Shown: positions 8,573 through 19,516, numbered from the stretch's first letter. The stretch is 64,000 nt of DNA from Candidatus Bathyarchaeota archaeon (GCA_963706285.1 CAVPLU010000008.1:1-64000), one strand, 5' to 3'. The notes: generated by a model from the letters alone, not told the origin. Numbers and translations: made by a program.

Positions 8573-9484
8573 TTGGATCGCTCTTTGAAGCTCCTTCGAA
8601 GAGGCAAGGTCCGGGATGTCTACGATAAGGGTGAAGAGCTGCTAATAGTCGCCTCGGACAGAGTCAGCGCATATGATGTCGTCTTACCGGACGAGATTCC
8701 TCGGAAAGGCGAATCGCTCACGAAACTGTCCGCCTATTGGTTCACTAAGACGAACGGGATCGTACCTAATCACTTCCTAGAATGTGTGGATGACCGGTCG
8801 ATCAGGGCGATCAAGGCTAAGCGAATAGATATCGAATGGGTTGTCAGAAGCCGCCTCTATGGTTCCATGTGGAGAGCATACTCCAAAGGGAAAAGAGAGT
8901 TTGGAGGCGTCACGTTACCAGACGGGCTAGAGATGGCTGAGGAGCTACCGCAGACCATCCTTACTCCTACAACGAAGTCGGATGTCGGTCACGATCTCGA
9001 CATAACCAAGAGTGAAGCCATCGGGCAGGGTCTACTGACCGGCGACGATTGGCGCGTCCTCGAGGAGGCATCCTTCAGGCTCTACGAGTTCTACCGCGAT
9101 GAGGCAAGAGGGAGGGGCATAATACTGCCTGACTTCAAGGTTGAGTATGGAAGAGCTAGGGGTGTCTTGATTCAGATCGATGAGCCTCCTACCCATGACT
9201 CAGCACGTTTTTGGGTTGAGAGATACTTCGAAGTTGGAAAGGAGCAGGAGGCCCACGCTTTGGATAAGGAGTTCCTCCGAGTCTTCCTAAGAGAGTACCA
9301 TGGGTTCACGGGAGAAGGGACTCCACCACGACTTCCTCAGATGGTGATACAGGAAGTCTCAAAGAGATGTGTTGGAGCTTGCGAGGTTATTGATGGAAGC
9401 ATGCAAATCGAAGATCTGCAGCTGAAAAGTTTGAATGAGGTTATTGAAGAGTTGGGCGGTGAGGAGAGATCCCCGAAGACTTAG
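8573..9484 (+). CDS. purC: SAICAR synthetase
   Basis: GKVRDVY, SDRVSAYD, TPTTKS, DFKVEYG, DSARFW, DKEFLR. Confidence 0.95.
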   Translation: MDRSLKLLRRGKVRDVYDKGEELLIVASDRVSAYDVVLPDEIPRKGESLTKLSAYWFTKTNGIVPNHFLECVDDRSIRAIKAKRIDIEWVVRSRLYGSMWRAYSKGKREFGGVTLPDGLEMAEELPQTILTPTTKSDVGHDLDITKSEAIGQGLLTGDDWRVLEEASFRLYEFYRDEARGRGIILPDFKVEYGRARGVLIQIDEPPTHDSARFWVERYFEVGKEQEAHALDKEFLRVFLREYHGFTGEGTPPRLPQMVIQEVSKRCVGACEVIDGSMQIEDLQLKSLNEVIEELGGEERSPKT

Positions 9485-10864
9485 TTTCGAAATTCAGCGC
9501 TTGTTCTCCGACTGACTACAGGTATTCAGTAAAGGACTTGGATCAGTACCTGTCAGCAGAGGCGTCTGTCAAGTATCAGGCAATTGTGGAAGGAGCTCTC
9601 GCTCAAGCTCTCGCACGCCAAGGCATTTGTCCGCCAAGTATCGCAGATGAGATCGCGAATGCAGCCAAAACCGTCACCGCGTCTGAAGTTGAGAGTGAGG
9701 AGAAGCGAGTAAGACATGACGTTCGTGCGCTTGTGAATGTTATCCAGCGAAAGGTTAGCGATGCCGCAAAACCTTACGTGCATCTGGGAGCAACATCCTA
9801 CGACATTGTTGATACGGCCAGGGTTCTGAGATTTCGTAAGGCTGTCGAGGCCGTAATCATACCTGACATGGTCGCGCTTGAGAAAGTCTGGATCGATCTG
9901 GCAAGGCGTGAGAGAGATGAGGCCCAGATCGGCAGAACCCACGGTCAGTTTGCCGAGCCGATAACTTTCGGCTTCGCAATATCTCAATACGTTGACCGCT
10001 GGGGCTCACGGATCCTAGCACTCACACAGTCTGCACGCGAACTGGTCGGGAAGTTCTCCGGAGCAGTTGGGGCTCACAACGCTCTGTCACTTCTTGACAG
10101 GCAAGCCAGAGGAACTGGAGAGGGACTTGCTGTCGTCATTGGGTCTCAAGCCGGCGCGCATATCAACTCAGATCGTCCCACCTGAGAGTTCCACAGATCT
10201 GATCCACGCCGTGATATCTGCATGGGGAGTTCTCGCGAACTTCGCGAGAGACATGCGTCATTTGCAGAGGTCAGAGATAGGCGAAGTTGGGGAACCCTTC
10301 GAGGAGGAGCAGGTCGGCTCGTCCACGATGCCCCAGAAACGCAACCCGATCACCTTCGAGAACGTCGAGAGTCTATGGAAAGAATTCGTTCCAAGAATGA
10401 TTACGAAGTACCTGGATCAGGTCTCGGAGCATCAGAGGGATCTCACGAACTCGGCCTCGCAAAGATATGATGCCGAATTCCTTGTCGTATTCGACTTCTG
10501 CGTTAGGAGGATCACCAACGTGTCCCGAAAGCTCCGGGTTGACAGCAAGAACCTGAAGCGGAACCTTGAGCAAGCCTCTCCGTCGTTAGTGGCTGAGCCA
10601 TTGTATGTTCTTCTTGCCTTGGCCGGTGATTCGCAGGCTCATGAACATGTCAGGAGGCTAAGTCTCGAATCATCCCGTGCAGGTCGACCGATAGTGGAGC
10701 TTGCATTATCGGACCAGTCCCTCAAACCATACCTGCAGAAGATCTCTCCTCTACAAATGGAAGCGATCCGGAACCCACTCAAGTACGTAGGAATTGCACC
10801 AGCGAAAGTGGACAAGGTTCTCGCATATTGGGAGGATAAACTGAAGCGAGAAGGGCTCTGGTGA
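9469..10864 (+). CDS. purB: Adenylosuccinate lyase (frameshift near 10100; start codon reads ATC at 9469, probably a miscall)
   Basis: SPTDYRY, RHDVRA, HLGATSYDI, GRTHGQ, GSSTMPQKRNP, EHQRDLTNSA. SD-like GGTGAGGAG precedes 9469. Confidence 0.9.
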
Positions 10865-10924
10865 GGCCTCGACTCCCCAGATGCTGCTGAGAGACAGAAT
10901 CCACCGATGGGAGAATCTCCAAGA

Positions 10925-12094
10925 ATGACCGAATCGAAATACGAGAAGCTAGGCGTGGACATACACAAGAAAGGAATAGAGGTCTTCAAGCCGAGCATAC
11001 GCGCACTGTTTTCGACCGCGTTCTGTGCCGTTAAGCAAGATCCACAATTCCCGGAATACGCGCTGATCGCTCACGCAGACGGTGCTGGTAGCAAACCAGT
11101 CCAGAGCTACCTCAACTACAAGGAGACTGGAGAGCTATCGGCATTCAGGGGGATCGGGCAAGATGTTGTCGCTATGAATCTGAATGACATAGCGTGTGTC
11201 GGCGCGGCTCCCATCAGCTTCGTTGACTACGTGGCGCTGAACAAATCCAAAATCCCCAAGGAGGATCTCCTCAGAATTCTCAACTCAGAATTCACTGAGC
11301 TGACCGAACTTCTACGAGCGCACGGCGTCACGTTGCCATTCGACGGCGGCGAGACTGCGGATCTTCCGGATCAGTTGTCGACGCTTGATGTTTCAGGATT
11401 CATGGAGGGCAGGGTCAAGTTGTCGAAGGTGATCACGGGACAAGAAATCCGGTCAGGCAACAAGATCGTTGGGCTGCGAAGCGGAGGGAAGGCACGCTAC
11501 GAGAGCAAGCTGAACAGCGGAATTATGTGCAATGGAATCACGCTAGCCAGACACTGCCTGATGGCTGGTGAGTACGAGAAGAAGTATCCGGAAATCCTAG
11601 GCAAGGATACGCCCGGATATTCTGGCCGTTACAGAGTCGGAGACTATGTGGATGAGCTGGAAATGACGGTTGATGCCGCAATCACTTCTCCAACGCGCAT
11701 CTTCGCTCCAGTAGTTTTCAAAATCCTCGACACTGTCGGCTCCTCGGTAACTGGGCTCGTGCACAACACAGGCGGCGGACAGACGAAATGCCTCAAACTA
11801 GGAAAAGGACTACGATACGTCAAACACCCCAAACACCTCACCCAGCAACCAGATCCCATCTTCACTATCATACAGAAGGAGTCAGGCGAGTCGTGGCGAG
11901 ACATGTATCAGAACTTCAACATGGGAGTCGGGTTCGAAGTCATTCTAGAGCAGGACGCCGTTGATCCGGTGCTCAGTATCGCTGAGAGCTTCGGAGTTGA
12001 AGCCAGAGAGATAGGTCACGTTGAATCTAGTCCTGATGGAAATCAGGTTGTCATCGAGAGCAATCTCGGGAAATTTGTTTACGACCAAATATAG
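10925..12094 (+). CDS. purM: AIR synthetase (long HADGAG-type PurM)
   Basis: YEKLGVD, HADGAGSK, MNLNDIACVGA, GGETADLP, HNTGGG, FNMGVG. Confidence 0.92.
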   Translation: MTESKYEKLGVDIHKKGIEVFKPSIRALFSTAFCAVKQDPQFPEYALIAHADGAGSKPVQSYLNYKETGELSAFRGIGQDVVAMNLNDIACVGAAPISFVDYVALNKSKIPKEDLLRILNSEFTELTELLRAHGVTLPFDGGETADLPDQLSTLDVSGFMEGRVKLSKVITGQEIRSGNKIVGLRSGGKARYESKLNSGIMCNGITLARHCLMAGEYEKKYPEILGKDTPGYSGRYRVGDYVDELEMTVDAAITSPTRIFAPVVFKILDTVGSSVTGLVHNTGGGQTKCLKLGKGLRYVKHPKHLTQQPDPIFTIIQKESGESWRDMYQNFNMGVGFEVILEQDAVDPVLSIAESFGVEAREIGHVESSPDGNQVVIESNLGKFVYDQI

Positions 12095-12110
12095 TAGTCA
12101 TGGTTAGGGT

Positions 12111-12377
12111 GTGAGTATGCTCTATCGAGTCAAGATCGTGGTGCGACCTCGTGAGGGTGTCTCTGATCCGGAAGGAGAGACGTTAAGCCTAAGACTGAAG
12201 CGGAAGGGAATCCAAGGACTGAGCAGAATCAGATCCGGGAAGTATTGGGAAGTCTATCTCGAATCTAGCTCAAGAGAAGAAGCTGAAGAAAGAGCTCGAC
12301 AGATCTACGGTGGCCCGCCAACCATGAATCCGGTGAAGGATGATGCTCAGGTCATAGCGATCGAGGAAGTCGGATGA
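12111..12377 (+). CDS. purS: FGAM synthase subunit PurS
   Basis: REGVSDPEG...IRSGKYW...NPV; lies directly before purL. Confidence 0.88.
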   Translation: MSMLYRVKIVVRPREGVSDPEGETLSLRLKRKGIQGLSRIRSGKYWEVYLESSSREEAEERARQIYGGPPTMNPVKDDAQVIAIEEVG

Positions 12378-14776
12378 CCTTCGAAGCCTATACAAAAAGA
12401 GAAAACGCTCCTTTCCCCCTTTTCGAGATCGATCTTGGCAAATCAGACGAGAAACAACTCCTCACTCTGAGTGCCGAACTTGGCCTTGCTCTTTCTCTGA
12501 ACGAGATGAAAGCGCTCAAGGCGTATTTCAGGAAACTTGGCCGGAATCCAACAGACATTGAGCTTCAAACCTTCGGACAGACATGGTCGGAGCATTGTAT
12601 TCACAAGACGTTCAAAGGAGAAGTAGTCACGCCAGACGGCCGCGTATTGGCTAAGAACCTGTTCAACACGTTCATCGCAAAACCTGTCAAAGAGCTTAAG
12701 CCGGCATGGTGCCTCGACACTTTTCGAGACAATGCAGGAATTGTTTCCTTCGAGAGAAGGAAAGGCGTCTCTTACGGAATCGCGGTGAAAGTTGAGACGC
12801 ACAATCATCCGTCAGCCATTGAGCCTTTCGGAGGCGCCGCAACAGGAACCGGTGGCGTGATCCGTGACATCCTCGCGGTCTGGGCTAAACCAATCGCGTG
12901 CACTGACGTGCTGTGTTTCGGACCATTGGATTTCGATAAGAATGCCCTGCCTAAGGGAGTGAATCATCCTACCTACATATTCGACGGCGTCGTCGCTGGC
13001 GTAGGAGCATATGGGAACAACATGGGCATTCCGACCGTTAACGGAGCGATCTTGTTTGACGAAAGCTACGTGGGTAATGTAGTCGTGTATTGCGGATGCG
13101 TCGGCATACTTCCAATGAACAGGTTCGTCAGGAACACAAAACCCGGCGACGTGGTTCTCCTTGTTGGAGGCAAGACGGGAAGAGATGGGATCCATGGAGT
13201 AACATTTGCTTCCGCAGAGTTGGCTGAAAGCTCCGAAGTGACATCTCTCTCCGCAGTTCAGGTTCCGAATCCAATAGAAGAAGAGAAACTGAAACGAGCA
13301 ATCCTAGAAATCAGAGACCGCAAACTCGCTTCCGGAATCACGGATCTTGGAGGCGGAGGTCTCTCATGCGCTGTCAGCGAGATGGCTCACAGATCCAACT
13401 GCGGCGCTGACGTGGAACTTGAGCATGTTCCTCTGAAAGAGACAGTTCCACCTATGGTGCCATGGGAGATCTGGGTTTCCGAGGCTCAAGAGAGGATGCT
13501 GCTCTCTGTTCCGGAGAGGAAACTCAGCAAGGCTCTCAGCGTCTTCGAAAGTGAAGACGTTGAAGCAACTGTGATGGGGAGATTTACTCGCGGTCGAACA
13601 TTACACGTTCGTCATCAGAGCATTCCTGTCCTCAAGATTGATCTTGGCTTTCTATTCTCGCCTCCAATGGTAAGGAGAACCGCCCAAGTCAATGAAGCCC
13701 AGACAGTCGAGCCGAAATTTGATCCGCCAGACGATCTTGAGGAGACAATCACTGGACTTCTCTCAACGCCAAACATCACAACCCGAGAACCGGTCATTCG
13801 CACATACGATCATGAGGTGCAGGGCAACACTGTGCTCAAGCCTCTTCAGGGAGCTTTCGCTGCGCCAAACGATGCTGCCGTCTTGAAGCCTCTGTCTGAC
13901 TCGTATAGGGGAGTTGTAATTTCGTGCGGGATCAATCCGAACTATGGAAAGCAGGATTCGTACTGGATGGCTGGCTCCGTCATTGACGAAGCGTTGAGAA
14001 ACAATGTCGCAGTCGGAGGGAGAAGGATAGCTCTGCTCGACAACTTCACGTGGGGAAGCCCAGAGAAGCCTGACAGGATGGGAAGCCTTCTGCAGGCGTG
14101 TCGCGGATGCTACGACTTCGCAAAAGGTTACGGAACTCCATTCGTTTCTGGAAAAGACAGCCTCTACAATGAGTCGCCGCTCGGCTCAGTAACGCCCACG
14201 CTCCTAGTGACCGCTCTCGGCATAATCCCCGACGTTCGCCAAGCGGTTTCTGTCGAACTGAAGAAGCCAGGCAACCACGTCTACTTGATCGGCGCAACTC
14301 ATCCTGAACTGGGCGGTTCCGAATACTTCCGACTCAGAGGGATTACAGGAGGATCTGTTCCAAGAGTCAGGCTTCCGATCGCGAGAAGAGTGATGCAAAC
14401 CGTCACTTCTGCGATCGACAGCGGATGTGTCAGGTCATGCCATGACCTCTCAGAGGGAGGCCTAGCAGTTGCCGCAGCCGAGATGACTCTCGGAACGAAG
14501 TATGGCCTAGATCTCGATCTAGATTTAGTTCCATCTCCAGAGCAGCTTCGAGATGATGTGGTTCTATTTTCCGAGTCAAACACTAGATTCCTCGTTGAGG
14601 TCGACTCTAAGAAAGTACGAAAATTCGAGAGCCTGACGCGGAAGGTTCCGTGCAGCATGTTGGGTGAAGTCCGAAGGGACGAACGCTTCATCATCCGAAG
14701 AGGAAACCGTGTCGCAGTAAGCATGGATGTCGTGGACTTGCGTGCCGCTTGGAAGAAACCTATCGAGGCGACGTGA
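12374..14776 (+). CDS. purL: FGAM synthase subunit PurL
   Basis: QTWSEHCIHK, KVETHNHPSAIEPFGGAATG, TGRDGIHG, DLGGGG, SGKDSLYN, HDLSEGG. Confidence 0.97.
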   Translation: MTFEAYTKRENAPFPLFEIDLGKSDEKQLLTLSAELGLALSLNEMKALKAYFRKLGRNPTDIELQTFGQTWSEHCIHKTFKGEVVTPDGRVLAKNLFNTFIAKPVKELKPAWCLDTFRDNAGIVSFERRKGVSYGIAVKVETHNHPSAIEPFGGAATGTGGVIRDILAVWAKPIACTDVLCFGPLDFDKNALPKGVNHPTYIFDGVVAGVGAYGNNMGIPTVNGAILFDESYVGNVVVYCGCVGILPMNRFVRNTKPGDVVLLVGGKTGRDGIHGVTFASAELAESSEVTSLSAVQVPNPIEEEKLKRAILEIRDRKLASGITDLGGGGLSCAVSEMAHRSNCGADVELEHVPLKETVPPMVPWEIWVSEAQERMLLSVPERKLSKALSVFESEDVEATVMGRFTRGRTLHVRHQSIPVLKIDLGFLFSPPMVRRTAQVNEAQTVEPKFDPPDDLEETITGLLSTPNITTREPVIRTYDHEVQGNTVLKPLQGAFAAPNDAAVLKPLSDSYRGVVISCGINPNYGKQDSYWMAGSVIDEALRNNVAVGGRRIALLDNFTWGSPEKPDRMGSLLQACRGCYDFAKGYGTPFVSGKDSLYNESPLGSVTPTLLVTALGIIPDVRQAVSVELKKPGNHVYLIGATHPELGGSEYFRLRGITGGSVPRVRLPIARRVMQTVTSAIDSGCVRSCHDLSEGGLAVAAAEMTLGTKYGLDLDLDLVPSPEQLRDDVVLFSESNTRFLVEVDSKKVRKFESLTRKVPCSMLGEVRRDERFIIRRGNRVAVSMDVVDLRAAWKKPIEAT

Positions 14777-15613
14777 ATGCGGCGAAAGTCCATCCGCATA
14801 TGCATCATGCGAGCTTGTGGCACCAATTGTGACGAAGAGACGCGAGCCGCCTTTGACGCGCTTGGAGTCAAAGCAGACATCGTTCACGTGAAGAGCGCAA
14901 TTACGAATGGAGACCTACTCGACTATCATGGCATAGTTTTTCCTGGCGGATTCGCTTACGGCGACTACGTGCGAGCTGGAGCGATTTGGGCAGATGTCCT
15001 TCGTGATGAGCTTGGAGAATCGCTACGACAATTCGCAGACGCGGGTCGTCCGATCCTAGGCATATGTAACGGCTTCCAAGTTCTGGTCGAGACAGGTCTG
15101 CTTCCGGGATTGGAGAATGCGGACGGTTCACTAGACGCGGCGTTGGCGGGCAATGTGCCGGCTGGCTATCGTTGCACTTGGGTCTCATCGGATGATTATT
15201 TGTACGTTAGACAGGACAATTCCGGCAAATGCTTGTTCACTCGAGGAATCCCCAAAGCGAGTCTACTACGTCTGCCGATCGCGCATGCTGAAGGAAGGCT
15301 TCTTTTCCCGAGAGGAAGAGAGAAGGAATGCTTCCAGAAGCTTTTGGATAATGACCAGGTAGTATTCAGATTCGCCAAATCCGATGGAAAACTCGCCGAG
15401 GGGCTTTTCCCTCATAATCCGAATGGATCGATGTATGATATTGCTGGAATATGCAACGACACCGGAACGGTGATGGGGTTGATGCCCCATCCTGAGAGAG
15501 CGTTCTTCGGGTACCAGCTGCCCGACTGGACGCAGTTGTCAAAAGTTCCTGAATACGCTGATGGCAAGCCGATCTTCGAATCTATGGTCAACCACATCGT
15601 CAAAATGGGCTGA
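14777..15613 (+). CDS. purQ: FGAM synthase glutaminase subunit PurQ
   Basis: GTNCD, PGGFAYGDY, GICNGFQ, AHAEG, NPNGS, MPHPER. Confidence 0.97.
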   Translation: MRRKSIRICIMRACGTNCDEETRAAFDALGVKADIVHVKSAITNGDLLDYHGIVFPGGFAYGDYVRAGAIWADVLRDELGESLRQFADAGRPILGICNGFQVLVETGLLPGLENADGSLDAALAGNVPAGYRCTWVSSDDYLYVRQDNSGKCLFTRGIPKASLLRLPIAHAEGRLLFPRGREKECFQKLLDNDQVVFRFAKSDGKLAEGLFPHNPNGSMYDIAGICNDTGTVMGLMPHPERAFFGYQLPDWTQLSKVPEYADGKPIFESMVNHIVKMG

Positions 15614-15699
15614 CCTAGCTCGTTCCATTTTCCAGATTACATGCCGTGTATCAAGCAGAACTTCATGCAACTGATCGAATTCCGAACATGATCTGCTCT

Positions 15700-16611
15700 C
15701 TAGTACGGGTTGAGTAGGTTCTTCTCCAACCCATGTGTGGTCAGGATAGTATTCCAGAGGAGCCTTCCGCGAGTCATCAGGCCAACCCCTTTCAGATTTG
15801 GCGTGATGTAGGAAGCCTTGGGTGCCACATCGTTAAAGTCGACATCGAAGTGTAGTCTTCCGGAAACGGGGTCTTTCTTTGCTCCTACCCCGACCACAAC
15901 TGCGCCTTCCTTGATCATGCTTGAAGTCAACTGGAAAGTGTCTTCAAAGTAGAGTCCAGGGGGTCTTCCGGCCGCCGACACCACAATATCCGCCTCTTTG
16001 ATCCTGTTAAGCGAGTTTCGTGTTGCCCGGTGGCAACATACTGGCGTCGCGTTGCGATCCATGAAAAGTTTCCAGAGAGGTTTCCCAACTAGGTCGCTGC
16101 GTCCAATGATGACTGCATTCGCGCCTTCGATCTCTACTTCGTATCGATCGAGAAGCTCGATCACGCCTGCAGCGGTGCAGGGCAGTATGTCGTTCTCGAA
16201 ATCGTAGCGGCTCATGAGCTTCCCTTTGTTCTTAGGAGTTAGTCCGTCAACATCTTTTTCTGGGATGAGGATTTCGAATGGTCTGTGCTTATCGAAGGAG
16301 TCTGGTAGAGGCATCTGAACGAGAATACCTGTGATGTCGTCTCTGATGTTCAACTCTTCTATCTTGGCGTATAGTTGCCTCTCCCTCTCTTCAGGTGCGT
16401 ACTTGTAGATCTCTGACACTTCGGAGTAGATGCCGACTTCTTTGCAGTCCTGCTGCTTCATGGAGACGTACATTTTGGCTGTTGAGTCGTCTTTTGGAAG
16501 TATGGCTGCTAAGCCGGGGGTGATTCCCTTCTTCTTGAATTCTCGTACCTCGTTGGCTACTTTCTCTTTCGTCTGCTGGAAGATTAGCTCGGCAGTCATT
16601 ATGACTGGCAA
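15700..16611 (-). CDS. folD: Methylene-THF dehydrogenase/cyclohydrolase
   Basis: YVSMK, GILVQMPLP, KDVDG, PCTAAG, GRSDLVGKP, DVDF, GVGLMT. Confidence 0.93.
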   Translation of the reverse strand: MPVIMTAELIFQQTKEKVANEVREFKKKGITPGLAAILPKDDSTAKMYVSMKQQDCKEVGIYSEVSEIYKYAPEERERQLYAKIEELNIRDDITGILVQMPLPDSFDKHRPFEILIPEKDVDGLTPKNKGKLMSRYDFENDILPCTAAGVIELLDRYEVEIEGANAVIIGRSDLVGKPLWKLFMDRNATPVCCHRATRNSLNRIKEADIVVSAAGRPPGLYFEDTFQLTSSMIKEGAVVVGVGAKKDPVSGRLHFDVDFNDVAPKASYITPNLKGVGLMTRGRLLWNTILTTHGLEKNLLNPY

Positions 16612-16613
16612 AT

Positions 16614-17399
16614 CTATTCCTCGTTCAAAGTTCTTCCACTATCAGTCCACTGTTTCCTTTGCCACTCGATGAATGCTCGTTGTCGCTGATTCCATTCATT
16701 CTCCCATTCATCGCTCAAGTCTATTGAAACAGCTCTGTAGGTTCGAATGTTGTGCTCGTCGTGTGTGGTGATTTCGTGCACTCGAAGTCTCTTATCTGCG
16801 TAAAGCTGGATTGCCTTTGAGTAGATTCTGTGCTCGTGGACTAGTACTCTCTCTGACAGCGACTGAATCGCCTCGTCTCTTTTGGTTGCAAACAATTCTC
16901 GTTCCGATTCTAAGACCCTGACAGGGTATTGAAGTATTATGGGGCCTTTCTCAACGCTTACGTCAACAAAGAATACTGTGCACCCTGTCAACTTCACGCC
17001 ATATTCCAAAGCAGCTTCATGCACGTATCTTGCATTCAGTCCCTTCGATCCGAATGAAGGAAGAAGCGCCGGGTGAATGTTCATCATTCTCCAGCGATAC
17101 TTCTGAAACAGTTCAGATCCGATTACTCTATCCCAACCGGCAAAGCAGACCAGTTCCACGTCATGCGAATCGAGGACAGTGGCTAACTCATGTTCGAAGT
17201 CCGTCCGATCCTTGCCGGTGTGATCTACAAAATGGGTTGCGATTCCGAATTTCGTCGCAGTGTCTTTGACTCGGGCTTCAGGATTGTTGTAGACTAGTAC
17301 GCTTAGGTTGACTCCCTGAAAGATGCCTAGTTCCTGATGTTGTAGCATTGCTTCGAAGTTTGATCCTCTTCCTGAGGCTAGGACGCCAATATTTACCAT
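16614..17399 (-). CDS. purN: GAR transformylase
   Basis: LASGRGSNF, AGW, MNIHPALLPSF, GVKLTGCTV, GPIILQ, EHRIY; has a C-terminal extension. Confidence 0.9.
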   Translation of the reverse strand: MVNIGVLASGRGSNFEAMLQHQELGIFQGVNLSVLVYNNPEARVKDTATKFGIATHFVDHTGKDRTDFEHELATVLDSHDVELVCFAGWDRVIGSELFQKYRWRMMNIHPALLPSFGSKGLNARYVHEAALEYGVKLTGCTVFFVDVSVEKGPIILQYPVRVLESERELFATKRDEAIQSLSERVLVHEHRIYSKAIQLYADKRLRVHEITTHDEHNIRTYRAVSIDLSDEWENEWNQRQRAFIEWQRKQWTDSGRTLNEE

Positions 17400-17418
17400 G
17401 TGACTTGTTTCACCATCT

Positions 17419-18234
17419 TCAGAGTCGAAATCCATTAGGCATCAATACGTCATCAACGTAGACGTTTCCTTCTCCGTCGAGAGCGTATCGACCCTCACCA
17501 ATCATCTCCAGAGTCTTCGGGTAGATTATCCAGTCACCATTCTTCTTAAGCTTGGTCTGATGTTCGTCGACAATTCGTTTCAAGATTTCAGCGTTTTCCG
17601 CCTTTAGAAGGTCATGAAGGCCAAGGTTTTCCGGCAGAATTACTTCTACGGGCGGTGATCGCATCAGAATCTCTCCGTAGTCCACTTCTGGTCTCACAAT
17701 ATGTGTCGTCGAATGAAGCGTCTTTTCACCTGCTAGTATGGCATCTCGGACAGCATTGATGCCAGTGTATTTTCTCTTTCCCGCTTCTTTCACGGATAGA
17801 TCAGCAGGGTGCACATTTACGACGTGTGCTTCGTACTTCTCAAGAAGACCGGTTGTCACGATGCTCATGTATCCACAGAGGGCAACAAGGTCGAGATCGT
17901 ATTTGGCGATCAGGTCCGCGACTTTCCGATCGTATTCAGGGCGAAGGGAAAGGTCTCTCTTTGTCTCATGGCCGTGCTGCCTGTAGAATTCCATGATGTC
18001 AATGCATTTGTAGTCGATTCCGTACTGCGATGATATTTGCTGCGCTTTGCATTTCTGGTTTGATGGGTCAAAGACGTCCGAGAATACTAGGATCACTTTG
18101 TAGGGGCATCTGCTACCTTTCTGGGATTGATTCTCAAGAATCTTGACAAGGTTCGTTCCTGAGCCTGACATGAAGCATGCTACTTTCATCGGACTCGCGC
18201 GGTGCTCAGGGTCGAAGACTCTCTCAAGCGGCAA
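17419..18234 (-). CDS. Second, divergent PurN-fold formyltransferase
   Basis: FMSGSGTN, LCGYM, VNVHPADL, STTHIV..VDYGEI, DWIIYP. Confidence 0.85.
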   Translation of the reverse strand: MPLERVFDPEHRASPMKVACFMSGSGTNLVKILENQSQKGSRCPYKVILVFSDVFDPSNQKCKAQQISSQYGIDYKCIDIMEFYRQHGHETKRDLSLRPEYDRKVADLIAKYDLDLVALCGYMSIVTTGLLEKYEAHVVNVHPADLSVKEAGKRKYTGINAVRDAILAGEKTLHSTTHIVRPEVDYGEILMRSPPVEVILPENLGLHDLLKAENAEILKRIVDEHQTKLKKNGDWIIYPKTLEMIGEGRYALDGEGNVYVDDVLMPNGFRL

Positions 18235-19516
18235 GAATGTGCTTCAGCGCCTTTCTTCCAATATCCTTTCGGTGATATTCTCCTTCCCAGTGGATTAGGT
18301 CAACGGTTTGATAGGCTTCCTCGATCGCTCGCGGGATCGTGTCTCCTAACGCAGTGACTCCCAACACTCGCCCGCCGTTTGTGACTATGTCTGGTTCTTT
18401 GCGACTCGTTCCAGCGTGAAAGACAATTGCGTTCTTGGTTCGAGCAGCTGCTTTGTCAAGGCCCGTGATCACTTTCCCTTTCTCGTAAGGTCCAGGATAG
18501 CCCGATGATGCCATCACGACGCAGACTGCAGCTTGGGTTGACCATTCAGGATTGGTCATGTCGGTCAGTCGATCGTTGGCGCATGCGTCGAGGTACTGGA
18601 AAAGGTCTGATTTCATTCTGGCGAGTACTGGCTGAGTTTCAGGATCTCCAAACCGGACGTTGAACTCCAAAACATACGGGACACCTTCCGATATCATGAG
18701 GCCCAAGTAGAGGGTGCCCTTGTAGTCCAGATTTGCACTTCTCATTCCGTCGATGAACTTCTCTATTATGTCTCTCTGGATCTTCACCTGCATTTCGCTG
18801 TCGACGATAGGAGCGGGAGAGTAGGCGCCCATTCCTCCGGTGTTGGGTCCCTCGTCACCGTCTAGGATGGGTTTGTGATCTTGCGAGGATGCCAACGGGA
18901 TGTACTTTCGTGCCTTTGTGTCGACGATCGCCATGTATGATGCTTCTTCGCCAACCAGCATGTCTTCAACTATGACTCGTTCGCCTGAGTCGCCAAACCT
19001 CTTTTTCACCATCATGTCGTCGATTGCTTCCAGCGCCATCTTCTCTGTGCGACATACCGCCACGCCTTTTCCGGACGCTAATCCGTCAGCCTTGACAACG
19101 ATTGGCATTCCTCTGCTCCTCACGTAGTCTGTGGCGGCTGAGGGGGTTTCGAAGCACTCGAAGTTCGGGTGTGGAATCTTGTTCTGCTTCATGAAACGTC
19201 TTGCCCAGATTTTGCTGCCCTCAGCTATTGCCGCTTCCTTCGTCACTCCATACGCTTTCAAGCCTTCTTTGAGGAAGTAATCGACGATGCCTTTCGTCAG
19301 CGGCTCTTCTGGTCCTACTACCGTGAAGCAATTATTTCGTCGGGCGAATGCGGCTAGGCTCTCAAAATCTGATGCGTTAATCTGAACGCTGTTCGGTATA
19401 CCGCCGTTGCCTGGAGCGCAGAAGACTTTCTCGATTTGTTTGCTCTGCTGGAGCTTCCAGACCAATGCATGTTCTCTTCCTCCCGATCCTGTAACAAGCA
19501 CATTGGTCTTACTCAT
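18224..19516 (-). CDS. purD: GAR synthetase
   Basis: GSGGREHAL, APGNGG, KADGLASGKGV, QDHK, GPNTGGMGAYSP, EFNVRFGDPE. Confidence 0.97.
   Translation of the reverse strand: MSKTNVLVTGSGGREHALVWKLQQSKQIEKVFCAPGNGGIPNSVQINASDFESLAAFARRNNCFTVVGPEEPLTKGIVDYFLKEGLKAYGVTKEAAIAEGSKIWARRFMKQNKIPHPNFECFETPSAATDYVRSRGMPIVVKADGLASGKGVAVCRTEKMALEAIDDMMVKKRFGDSGERVIVEDMLVGEEASYMAIVDTKARKYIPLASSQDHKPILDGDEGPNTGGMGAYSPAPIVDSEMQVKIQRDIIEKFIDGMRSANLDYKGTLYLGLMISEGVPYVLEFNVRFGDPETQPVLARMKSDLFQYLDACANDRLTDMTNPEWSTQAAVCVVMASSGYPGPYEKGKVITGLDKAAARTKNAIVFHAGTSRKEPDIVTNGGRVLGVTALGDTIPRAIEEAYQTVDLIHWEGEYHRKDIGRKALKHILAA

Noticed and set aside
12443-15603. Numerous antisense or alternative-frame ORFs overlapping pur genes and other housekeeping genes
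   Set aside because: Shadow ORFs of well-supported genes with no motifs of their own.
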